From Eggerthellaceae bacterium (GTDB taxonomy: Bacteria > Fibrobacterota > Fibrobacteria > Fibrobacterales > Fibrobacteraceae): a stretch of DNA of 64,000 nt. Positions within the stretch are counted from its first letter, which is position 1. Every line of letters starts with the position of its first letter. Position numbers and translations under genes: made by a program. Below the pieces are notes generated by a model. That model was not told the origin of the DNA, made no database searches, and worked only from the letters and a program-made list of their open reading frames with translations. The DNA is taken from positions 1,358-65,357 of the forward strand of contig CAVBPX010000004.1 in assembly GCA_963597395.1 (NCBI GenBank), written 5' to 3'. Positions 31,501 to 38,463 of this stretch are shown here, in pieces.

Positions 31501-31948
31501 TGCTTTCCAGCGTTCTTCCGTCTCGGGCTTTAGGCTTCCCAAGGCCTTGACGTCGGAAGCGGCCCTCAGGCGTTCGTGGAACATTCCCGGCGCAGGGAAC
31601 GGTCGCACCAGATTTTTGGACGCGAGCTTTCTCGGCGAAGTGCAAAAAGCGGATTCCATCGAAAGCATCGACGAATTTTTCGTTTATCCGAACCCCGTCC
31701 GCGGCGGATTCGCGAGCATTCGCTACACGCTCGGAATGAACGCCAAATCCGCGAAAATAGAGATTTACGACATTGCGGGCCTGTGCGTTTATTCGAAGAA
31801 TCTCGAAAGCCTGAACATGGGAAAAAATCAGATCGACCGCCTGGATCTTTCGGATCTTGGAAGCGACGTCTATACGGTGCGGCTTCAGGTGAAGTTTACC
31901 ACGGGAAAGAAAAAACAGAAATTCTACCGCGTCGGAGTCGTCAGATGA
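28529..31948 (+). CDS. secreted M6 (immune inhibitor A)-like pseudo-metallopeptidase with FG-GAP repeats and T9SS C-terminal sorting domain
   Basis: 1139 aa; signal peptide. NQIGRELGMPNTYD occupies the place of HExxHxLGLPDxYD. FG-GAP-like VADVNGDGYPDAVFLG. C-terminus FFVYPNPVRGG...IEIYDIAGLCVY...GSDVYTVRL resembles the Por_Secre_tail. Confidence 0.65.
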   Translation: MIRLLILATLVFCATASAVDTLEIFALRVQFKQESPDNSLTTGTGRFDSDSDTSSANYSLDPSGHRASAAYWQKHFDFVNAYYRSVSGGNLVIRARIFPSGEPYTLDHYIIDYNRTAKRKGEKTAEFDEARSRDYMNFIWDAVTLANQSKDTLDNPFRVPQPTSPNTRRAYMIIHAGASRLLDGGSMGTKNANTQGDFMDVYVVRDYWAYLDSADTTRKVSGDLNGMVLPGATLDTLKTIMVTSETASQDGLNWGINGILVNQIGRELGMPNTYDVVKGISRLGYFDVMDFAGYNAGNGFFPVLPSAWVRSYMGWANVETVYPPKSGTVTRNLFTAGSGNGSEILKVPLSANEYLLVENRERSAGDSAKIAVSYVPASDVAAEKDYEVLTKVYPVDSLFVAFEDSLCDSVGKCKKNRNKLGGIIVDVSSFDAGLPSSGIAVWKVNDWYLREALPYGVTNFWGGDTVRDHQFGIMLAEADGILSIGKTFKNSLGEDAYDYGSGSDLIPHVRKGKNSPKDTVWSIRSSGYGNTGTTSGGYTGISVSAKKAKNAHVEKTSNSFMGDSVVNFAASSISVQISWESNTLSGSSFPKNVGLESALRGAVVLDYPEGMSVGSGEKLIVFAAADGTLQAMDALGNPLTESDTTVLRKTLSNKDSADTVSLFRLGNSYGELLGMASVGDTVFTLHRQSGLARTVLASDIDQLRFDRMLEPLKSATLGPMVVNGSVFVADENALYRYRTSDLSKRKTFALPENFEPHDMALCPDGESENVALVGKNAGLALYRASEGRVQKLSTPRTRNKNLVPVGKQTFRIACSDFDRDENSEMFVLGSRGYAAMVRADDSATVVFSPRSFKRGSDGTSDFYDETSPIAVADVNGDGYPDAVFLGYNLLYAVDRSGVVLSGFPATITKNLPEYAFYSDPLIVNVTGDSLPEILVGTNGGLLMAFRSNGKPLTTADGFPLSAGSFEYGDTVAPMSFLVEKAIDSLSGLQVYAFQRSSVSGFRLPKALTSEAALRRSWNIPGAGNGRTRFLDASFLGEVQKADSIESIDEFFVYPNPVRGGFASIRYTLGMNAKSAKIEIYDIAGLCVYSKNLESLNMGKNQIDRLDLSDLGSDVYTVRLQVKFTTGKKKQKFYRVGVVR

Positions 31949-32739
31949 AAAGGCTTCTTCGAATTTTGTCCGCGTTCTGTTTGCTTTCCTTCGGAACTTT
32001 TTTGGCGTGTTCCACGCCGACGTCATCGGAAACGGGCGGTCTCGACTGCCCGAACTGCTCCACCAAAACGAGTTCCGCTTCAAACGAAAAACGGCTCTCG
32101 TCGAGCCTTGTCGAAAGTTCCTCGTCGGCGAAACCGGAGCTTCTTCTTTCGTGGATCGATGTCGGGGACTTTTCCATTTTGCAGACGGAAGTGATGCAGT
32201 CGGATTATCAGAGGCTCATGGGAACGCTCCCCTCGCAGATGACGAATGCCGTCGGGGATTCGTTTCCGGTTGCGAACGTTTCGTTTTACGATGCGGTCCT
32301 TTTTGCAAACGAGCTTTCGAAATTCCTCGGGCTTGATTCCGCCTATTCCTACACGGCGCGCGGGTCGGGGAACAGGCTCTCCGGACTCCGTTTGAATGCG
32401 AGCGTCAAAGCCGTGCGGCTTCCGAGCGAAACCGAATGGAAACTTGCGGCGCGGGCCGGAACCACGGGCACGTATTACTGGGGCGCGGACGTCGCCGCCG
32501 ACTACGCCGTCTATAATAATCTTTATGCGAGCTACCAAAAGGTTTCGCAAAAAAAGCCGAATGCGTGGAACCTTTACGACATGGCGGGAAACGTCGCCGA
32601 ATGGACCTCGGACACGACGCTTTGCGGCGGAGACTGGACTTCCGTCGCCAAGGAACTCGCCATCAAGGAATCCAAAAAGAAAACGCCGGATTTCGCTTCG
32701 AACGAAAGCGGCTTCCGCGTCATCCTCTCCGGAGAATAA
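31945..32739 (+). CDS. FGE-sulfatase (SUMF1-like) domain lipoprotein
   Basis: ATG 31945 overlaps the upstream stop (ATGA). Lipobox TFLAC. VANVSFYDAVLFAN, RLPSETEWKLAARAG, NAWNLYDMAGNVAEWTSD, SGFRV motifs. Confidence 0.8.
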   Translation: MKRLLRILSAFCLLSFGTFLACSTPTSSETGGLDCPNCSTKTSSASNEKRLSSSLVESSSSAKPELLLSWIDVGDFSILQTEVMQSDYQRLMGTLPSQMTNAVGDSFPVANVSFYDAVLFANELSKFLGLDSAYSYTARGSGNRLSGLRLNASVKAVRLPSETEWKLAARAGTTGTYYWGADVAADYAVYNNLYASYQKVSQKKPNAWNLYDMAGNVAEWTSDTTLCGGDWTSVAKELAIKESKKKTPDFASNESGFRVILSGE

Positions 32740-32740
32740 A

Positions 32741-33202
32741 ATGAAAAAATGGATTTGCCTCTTCGTCTGTCTGCTTGCCTGTGCGTGCACACAAAGCGAA
32801 GAACAGAAAAAGTCGGACAAAATCGAAGCGGACCTCAAAAGCCTTCCGAAGCTTTCGCCGATTGAAGTCCCTGCGGGCGTCGCCGGTCTTTACATCGGAA
32901 CGCTTCCTTGTGACGAATGTTCTTCGCACCAAATAAAAATGGAGCTGGATTCAAACGGAACGGCGCAAATCGAGGAAATCTTCCTGAAGGCCAAACCGGA
33001 TACGGTCAAAAGTTCCGCGACGTTTTTGGACAGCGCGGACCATGTCGTTGTTCGCTTTGACGACAAACGGCGCTTTTTGAACTTCCAAAAGAAAAACGGT
33101 ACGGCGCTCGAATATCTGAACGTCGAGGGAAAACCCTACGTCGATGAAACGGACGAACCGTATCGCCTCATCCGCATTCTCAAACCGAAGAAACCGCAAT
33201 GA
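32741..33202 (+). CDS. NlpE/CutF N-terminal-domain-like lipoprotein
   Basis: 153 aa; lipobox LLACAC. GLYIGTLPCDECSSHQIKMELDSNGTA matches the Y.G.LPCADC.GI...L.L..DGT signature of the NlpE N-domain. Confidence 0.7.
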   Translation: MKKWICLFVCLLACACTQSEEQKKSDKIEADLKSLPKLSPIEVPAGVAGLYIGTLPCDECSSHQIKMELDSNGTAQIEEIFLKAKPDTVKSSATFLDSADHVVVRFDDKRRFLNFQKKNGTALEYLNVEGKPYVDETDEPYRLIRILKPKKPQ

Positions 33203-34365
33203 TTTCGTTAGCAAACGCCGTCGGGGAATCCATGCCCAAGGCCCTTTCCGGGCTTCCGCTTCTGTCTATCGCCCTGATGAATTACGCGGACGAGCTGGAG
33301 TTGAAAAACAGGGCGTTTACCCTCTTTTGCGAAAAGAACGGCTTGCCGTCCCCGGAAAAGGTCGTGCCGAGTCCGATGCCCCGAAACTATCGGACAACGA
33401 CAAAGCGCCGCGCCGGATTCGAAGACGGAAAGTTTCGACTTTTCTTTGGAGCGGACGAGCGCCTGGAATATGCGGAGCCGCTTGAACCCGCCGAGCATCT
33501 TGCCGTTTATCGTTTTGTCGAAGGCATTTTGCAAAAAGGCGCTTTTGCGCTTCTCGCCCGGGCCATGAACTGGGTCATTGTCCGCGGATCCTATAGGCGT
33601 CGCGCGGTGATTTTCAACGTGAGCGAGATGAACGCCGCGGTCGTTCGCAAACTGAAACTTTTGGGCGAACATCTGAATGCGGCAAACCTGGGAGTCGTTT
33701 CCGCCCATGTCTATTTTGATCCGTCCCGCTCCGACTACTATCTGGAGGCCGAAAGGCCGACCGATGCGCTCTCTTTCAAGACGCTTTACGGCCCGCGGGA
33801 TCTGACGCTCGACATCGGAAAGTTCCGGCTAAAATATCCCGTCACGGGCTTTAGCCAAATCAACGCTTCGCAAATTCCGAACCTGCTTTCGTTTGCCGAA
33901 AAGCTGCTCGCTCCGACAGGGAAAGAGCACTTACTCGATTTGTATTGCGGATACGGGCTGTTTTCGTTTGGACTTGGCGAAAAGGTCGCTTCGACGTGGG
34001 GCGCGGAATGGGAAGGTCCCTCGATTGAATATGCGAAAAACAGCGCGCGGTTTCTCAAAAGGGAAAAATCCCGCTTTGTCGCCGGGAAAATCGATCGCAG
34101 CTTTGTGGAACGCTCGATTCCGAAAGTCTCCGTTCCGGAACTGATTCTGCTTGACCCGCCGCGCATGGGCGTCGAACCGGGCGTCATTTCCGCTCTTGCC
34201 AAAAGGAATCCCGAACGCGTCCTGCATGTTTTTTGCGGCACCGACGAAATCCCCCGCTCCGTAAACCAGTGGAGGCTCGCCGGATATCAAGTCAAAACGA
34301 TTCAGCCGCTGGATCTTTTCCCGGGAACGCCGCATCTCGAAACGATGGTGCTTCTCGGAAAGTAA
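33199..34365 (+). CDS. class I SAM-dependent RNA (uracil-5)-methyltransferase, TrmA/RlmD-like
   Basis: 388 aa; LLDLYCGYGLFSFGL (SAM motif I), LILLDPPRMG, catalytic Cys region VFCGTD, ...QPLDLFPGTPHLETMVLL. ATG overlaps the upstream stop. Confidence 0.8.
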   Translation: MISLANAVGESMPKALSGLPLLSIALMNYADELELKNRAFTLFCEKNGLPSPEKVVPSPMPRNYRTTTKRRAGFEDGKFRLFFGADERLEYAEPLEPAEHLAVYRFVEGILQKGAFALLARAMNWVIVRGSYRRRAVIFNVSEMNAAVVRKLKLLGEHLNAANLGVVSAHVYFDPSRSDYYLEAERPTDALSFKTLYGPRDLTLDIGKFRLKYPVTGFSQINASQIPNLLSFAEKLLAPTGKEHLLDLYCGYGLFSFGLGEKVASTWGAEWEGPSIEYAKNSARFLKREKSRFVAGKIDRSFVERSIPKVSVPELILLDPPRMGVEPGVISALAKRNPERVLHVFCGTDEIPRSVNQWRLAGYQVKTIQPLDLFPGTPHLETMVLLGK

Positions 34366-34392
34366 CGGGGAAAAATAAGGAGGAAGCCCTGT

Positions 34393-34872
34393 ATGAATTC
34401 AACCGCTCAAAAACAGGCAGCGAAAAAGTTCGCGGAACATTGGAAGGGAAAAGGCTACGAGAAAGACGAAAGCCAACCGTTTTGGCTTTCCCTCCTCCGC
34501 GATGTTTTTGGCGTGGAACATCCCGAAGAAATCGTGAGCTTTGAAAGCCAGGCAAAGCGCTATGCAAGCGAACTTCCTCTTTCAAAACATCCGCGCTACG
34601 TCGTCACGTGCAACTTCAAAAGTTTTCTCGTCTATGACATGGAAAATCCGCAGGGCGAACCGGAAGAGGTTTTGCTCGAAAACCTGGAACGGGAATTTTC
34701 CCGCCTGAATTTTTTGGTGGATGTTCGAAGCGAAGCGCTTAATTATTTAAAAGCCGCTAAAATGAAAATAGGGCTTTTGGTCAATTTTGGAGAAACAAAA
34801 TTAAAATGGGAAAGGGTTACAAGATTCACCGCCATGAATTACGTCAGTAATTCCGAATCCGTGAGACAATAG
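34393..34872 (+). pseudogene. chimeric relic: N-terminal fragment of an MmeI-like type IIL R-M enzyme (nuclease core deleted) fused to a GxxExxY-family tail
   Basis: aa 9-112 (AKKFAEHWKGKGYEKDESQPFWLSLLRDVFGV...PRYVVTCNFKSFLVYD...) parallel the MmeI N-terminus but lack the D...EXK block. aa ~113-145 (EALNYLKAAKMKIGLLVNFGETKLKWERV) resemble a GxxExxY C-terminus. The 3' part is AT-rich. Confidence 0.55.
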
Positions 34873-34930
34873 AGATTGGTAAAATTTCCGCAGATAGGTA
34901 TGAGGCTGGAATTGCTATATTCCGCAAACG

Positions 34931-35521
34931 ATGAACACGTTTGAATGCATCCTCTCGCGCCGCAGCACGCGCAAATACAAGCCTCTTCCCGTCGAACGGG
35001 AAAAGCTCGAGAAAATCGTCGAAGCGGGCCGCCTTGCGCCTAGCGGCGGCAACAACCAGACAAATCATTTTCTGGTGATTCAAAATGCGAAAGTTCTTGG
35101 AGCGCTCGTATCGCTAGTCGAAAAGGCCTTTGCGCGGATGCAGGTGACGGAAGGCATGTACAAAAGCATCCGAAATTCCGTCCTGAGTTCCCAAAAGGGC
35201 GGCTACGTCTTTTGCTACAACGCACCGGTCCTCGTTGTCGTCGCAAACCAAAAGGATTACGGCAACAACATGGCGGATTCCGCCATCGCCATCGAAAACA
35301 TGATGCTCGAAGCGAACGAGCTCGACCTCGGAAGCTGCTGGATAAACCAGCTGCGATGGCTTTCCGAGGATGCGGATATCCTCCGCTATTTGCAAACGCT
35401 CGGGCTTGCGGAAAACGAACGCGTTTACGGATCCCTCGCGATAGGCTATCCCGAAACACCGGACGGACTTCCCGCCCGGAAGCCCTTGCCGCGGAATGGG
35501 AACCGCGTCACATGGATTTAG
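34931..35521 (+). CDS. nitroreductase-family protein
   Basis: 196 aa; ILSRRSTRKYKPLPVEREKLEKIVEAGRLAPSGGNNQTNHFLVI, typical of the FMN nitroreductase fold. Confidence 0.88.
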   Translation: MNTFECILSRRSTRKYKPLPVEREKLEKIVEAGRLAPSGGNNQTNHFLVIQNAKVLGALVSLVEKAFARMQVTEGMYKSIRNSVLSSQKGGYVFCYNAPVLVVVANQKDYGNNMADSAIAIENMMLEANELDLGSCWINQLRWLSEDADILRYLQTLGLAENERVYGSLAIGYPETPDGLPARKPLPRNGNRVTWI

Positions 35522-35669
35522 CCAAAAAACGCTTTTTACACGGATTTTGCGAAAACAAAATGGCGAACGAAACGTTTGCTGTGTAAATTTTAGTGAAATA
35601 AACGGGATGCCAAAGTCTTTTTTGCCTTTGGTATCACAAGGCTCGGTTGCTTTTTCCGTGTAAAAAATT

Positions 35670-36530
35670 ATGTTTAAAATCGATATGTCGGCAATAGACA
35701 AGCTCTTTGATTACGACGACTACCGCCGTTTTCTGAAGGACTACTTTGACGAGCAGAAGAAGTTGCGCGCCGTGTTTTCGCACCGCTTCTTTGCCGCCAA
35801 GGCGGGCTTCAGCTCGTCGTCCTATTGTCTCAACGTCATTCGCGGGCGTTTTAACCTGACCGAAAAGTCCATCGCCAAGATGACTAAGGCGATGGGCCTC
35901 AATCACGACCAGTCCAGGTATTTTGCGGCCCTCGTGGAATACAATCAGGCAAAGCGCGTCGAGGAACGCGAAAGCGCCTGGGACGAAATAGTCCAGATCC
36001 GTTCCAAGAGTGAATTTGTCCATGTTTCGAACGACCAGAAGGAATTTTTCTCGAAGTGGTACTATCCCATTTTGCGGGAATTAGTCTCCCATCCGGATTT
36101 TGACGGCGATATGACGCATCTCGCCCGGACGATTGTCCCCTCGATTTCGACGGAAGAGGCTCGGACGGCGGTCGAAAACATGCTTCGCTGGAAACTTCTG
36201 GAGAAGGATTCCCGCGGAAAGTATCGGGCGACGTCGGTGATGCTCGACGCCAAAAAGGTCGCGCCCATGGATTTGCGGCAAATTCGCCGCGAATACGTGC
36301 AACAGGCGATTGGGGCCGTCGAAACGAAGAAGCCGAGCGAGCGTTTTGCCGCCTTCACGACCCTTGCGATGAGCGAAAAATCCTATGATTATGCCGTGAA
36401 GGTTTTGGAAGAGGCCCGGCAGAAGATCATTGCGAAGGCGTCGGACGATCCCGTGGTCGAAAAAATCTACGAGCTGATGATCGTCGCCTATCCGATGAGC
36501 GAAAAGCTGGGCAAGGAGAGCGGAAAATGA
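35670..36530 (+). CDS. TIGR02147/DUF4423-like protein (Fibrobacter paralogous family; probable HTH)
   Basis: 286 aa; YDDYRRFLKDYFDEQKKLRAVFSHRFFAAKAGFSSSSYCLNVIRGRFNLTEKSI... matches my recollection of this family. Start could instead be ATG 35685. Confidence 0.65.
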   Translation: MFKIDMSAIDKLFDYDDYRRFLKDYFDEQKKLRAVFSHRFFAAKAGFSSSSYCLNVIRGRFNLTEKSIAKMTKAMGLNHDQSRYFAALVEYNQAKRVEERESAWDEIVQIRSKSEFVHVSNDQKEFFSKWYYPILRELVSHPDFDGDMTHLARTIVPSISTEEARTAVENMLRWKLLEKDSRGKYRATSVMLDAKKVAPMDLRQIRREYVQQAIGAVETKKPSERFAAFTTLAMSEKSYDYAVKVLEEARQKIIAKASDDPVVEKIYELMIVAYPMSEKLGKESGK

Positions 36531-38086
36531 AGCTTTCTATTTGGAATATCGCTTTGTGCGCGAGCTTTTTACCGATTGCTTTCGGATGCTCGGAAGATTC
36601 CCGGAACGCCGGCGGCGTGACGGACATCGGAAATTCGATTGCCGGAAACATCGTGTTTGCGGACGGCGTAACGCCCGCTCGCGGGGCGCGGGTCGTTGCC
36701 TATGAGGATTCCTGGAAAAATCTCGGAATCGCGGACTCGGTGGAAGCCTTTGCCGACAGCCTCGGAAACTTTGTCCTGGAAAACGTTTCGGAAAACATGC
36801 GGGTGCTGTATGCGGCGGACCAGAACGAAAACGCGCTGGTCGATTTGCGCGGGGATACTCTTCGGGTCGTTCTCGGAAAAGCCAAGACGCTTGCCGGGAA
36901 AATGGCCACGGAGACGTCCGGATCCTTGCGCGTCGTCGGAACGAACCTTTTGGCTGCGGTAAATGCCGACGGGGAATTTTCTTTTGACTCGATTCCCTCG
37001 GGCGACATTTCGCTTTCCTATACAAAAAATTCGGCGCCGCGGTCGCGCTTTGACTTCAGGACGGTCGCCGCCCGCGAAGCGATTGACCTGCCCGCTCTCA
37101 AGACGTTCTCGGAGGCGGATTCCATTCTGGTCGTGGCGGACGCCGCCCTGTATGCGGACACGTCACTCGGTGTCGCGCTTGGTACTTCGCTTTCGACGGC
37201 AATTTCCGTTTCGCTTTTGAGCTCCCCGACCGAGACGTTAAAAAACTTTGTGATGCCGGTGAAGTTCAACAACAAGATTGATTTTTCGGCATTTGCAAAT
37301 CCGGATTCGTTCCGGGTGGTTTCGGAAAGCGGAGCCGTTCAAAAATTCGAAGTGGACTATTGGACGCCGCACGCGTCCCAGGGCGTTTTGTGGGTGCGGC
37401 TCGATTCGCTTGTCTCCGGAACCGAGAATGTTAATTTGTACTTAATCCATCGGGATGATTCCGGGGCCCGCGACCGGGCGTTTTCGGTTTCGGATTCCGT
37501 TCTCGCGGCCGTTCACATGAACGGCGATGCGCGCCTTTACTCCGCTTCGGATTCCAACCGCGCCTATGGCCTTATCGGATACGGGACAACCGTCCTTCCG
37601 GGGCAATACATTCCGCTCGATTCCGTGAATCCTTTTACGGGCGACTTTACGCTTTCCCTGTGGGCACTGTGGAACGGACCGGATGATTCGCATCAGGTAC
37701 TTTTTGCGCGCCGCGCCACGGCGGATTCCATCGTGTTCCAGTGGTATTTCGACAACATCAATTCGGCGTTTGCCGTTTACAACGTTTTGCATTGGGATTC
37801 CATTGCGGGTGCGGCCGCGGCAGTCGATACGACGCGTTGGAACCTCTTGAGCCTCGTCTCGCGGAACGATTCCGTTTCGATGTTCGTCAACGGAACGCAG
37901 GTCGGAGAAACGGTGCCGTTCGAACTTTCCCACACGGACGCCGATGTGCCGTTCAGGGTCGGCGGAAACGACGTGGCGGAAGAATCGTGGAACGGCGCTG
38001 TCGATGAAATCCATGTGACGGCAAAGGCCCGGTCCGCGGAGTGGATCCGCATGGAATACGAAACGCAGCGCGCCGCGGCAAACTGA
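36527..38086 (+). CDS. lipoprotein with CarboxypepD_reg-like, DUF2341-like and LamG (concanavalin-like) domains
   Basis: 519 aa; lipobox IAFGC; DYWTPHASQGVLWVRLDSL..., FTLSLWALWNG..., WNGAVDEIHVTAKARSAEWIRMEYETQ. ATG overlaps the upstream stop (ATGA). Confidence 0.6.
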   Translation: MKLSIWNIALCASFLPIAFGCSEDSRNAGGVTDIGNSIAGNIVFADGVTPARGARVVAYEDSWKNLGIADSVEAFADSLGNFVLENVSENMRVLYAADQNENALVDLRGDTLRVVLGKAKTLAGKMATETSGSLRVVGTNLLAAVNADGEFSFDSIPSGDISLSYTKNSAPRSRFDFRTVAAREAIDLPALKTFSEADSILVVADAALYADTSLGVALGTSLSTAISVSLLSSPTETLKNFVMPVKFNNKIDFSAFANPDSFRVVSESGAVQKFEVDYWTPHASQGVLWVRLDSLVSGTENVNLYLIHRDDSGARDRAFSVSDSVLAAVHMNGDARLYSASDSNRAYGLIGYGTTVLPGQYIPLDSVNPFTGDFTLSLWALWNGPDDSHQVLFARRATADSIVFQWYFDNINSAFAVYNVLHWDSIAGAAAAVDTTRWNLLSLVSRNDSVSMFVNGTQVGETVPFELSHTDADVPFRVGGNDVAEESWNGAVDEIHVTAKARSAEWIRMEYETQRAAAN

Positions 38087-38090
38087 TCTT

Positions 38091-38123
38091 GTAAAACAAA
38101 AAACGGACGGCCGAAGCCGTCCG
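38091..38123 (-). terminator. Rho-independent terminator of the ferredoxin gene (hairpin may also stop the convergent + strand gene)
   Basis: CGGACGGC-CGAA-GCCGTCCG perfect 8-bp stem at 38104-38123, followed on the minus strand by TTTGTTTTAC. Confidence 0.7.
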
Positions 38124-38147
38124 CCCGCAAAGGATAACGGTATGAAG

Positions 38148-38345
38148 TTATTCGTACTTGATGACCTGGGCCGGGCATCCTTCCGCCGCGGCCTTGATGT
38201 CTTCTTCGTATTGCGAAAAATCAACGCCTTCGTTGACTTTCATCTTGTCCGGAACGCTAAAGACCGCGTCGCAGGTGCCTTCGCACGCGCCGCAGGAAAC
38301 GCATTCGTCGTTCGATTCATCAAGCCAAACTTTTTTAATTGCCAT
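38148..38345 (-). CDS. small ferredoxin (single Fe-S cluster type)
   Basis: MAIKKVWLDESNDECVSCGACEGTCDAVFSV...AAAEGCPAQVIKYE (65 aa) with a CxxCxxC...CP pattern. ATG 38345 follows GAAGG. The TTG at 38378 in the ORF track lies inside an upstream motif. Confidence 0.85.
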   Translation of the reverse strand: MAIKKVWLDESNDECVSCGACEGTCDAVFSVPDKMKVNEGVDFSQYEEDIKAAAEGCPAQVIKYE

Positions 38346-38425
38346 AGATTTGCCTTCATGTGGTTGTGAACGTTTCAAAAGGTCTGTTTTGGAACATTCG
38401 GGTGGAACATTTCCCTGAATATAAA

Positions 38426-38433
38426 TAAATTTG
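38426..38433 (+). promoter_or_regulatory. candidate TAnnTTTG -7 promoter box upstream of argB
   Basis: TAAATTTG. Its last three bases are the TTG that the ORF track uses as the argB start, which argues for ATG 38464 instead. Confidence 0.35.
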
Positions 38434-38463
38434 AGCGAAAAGAAAATAGAGGTTTATCGAGAA

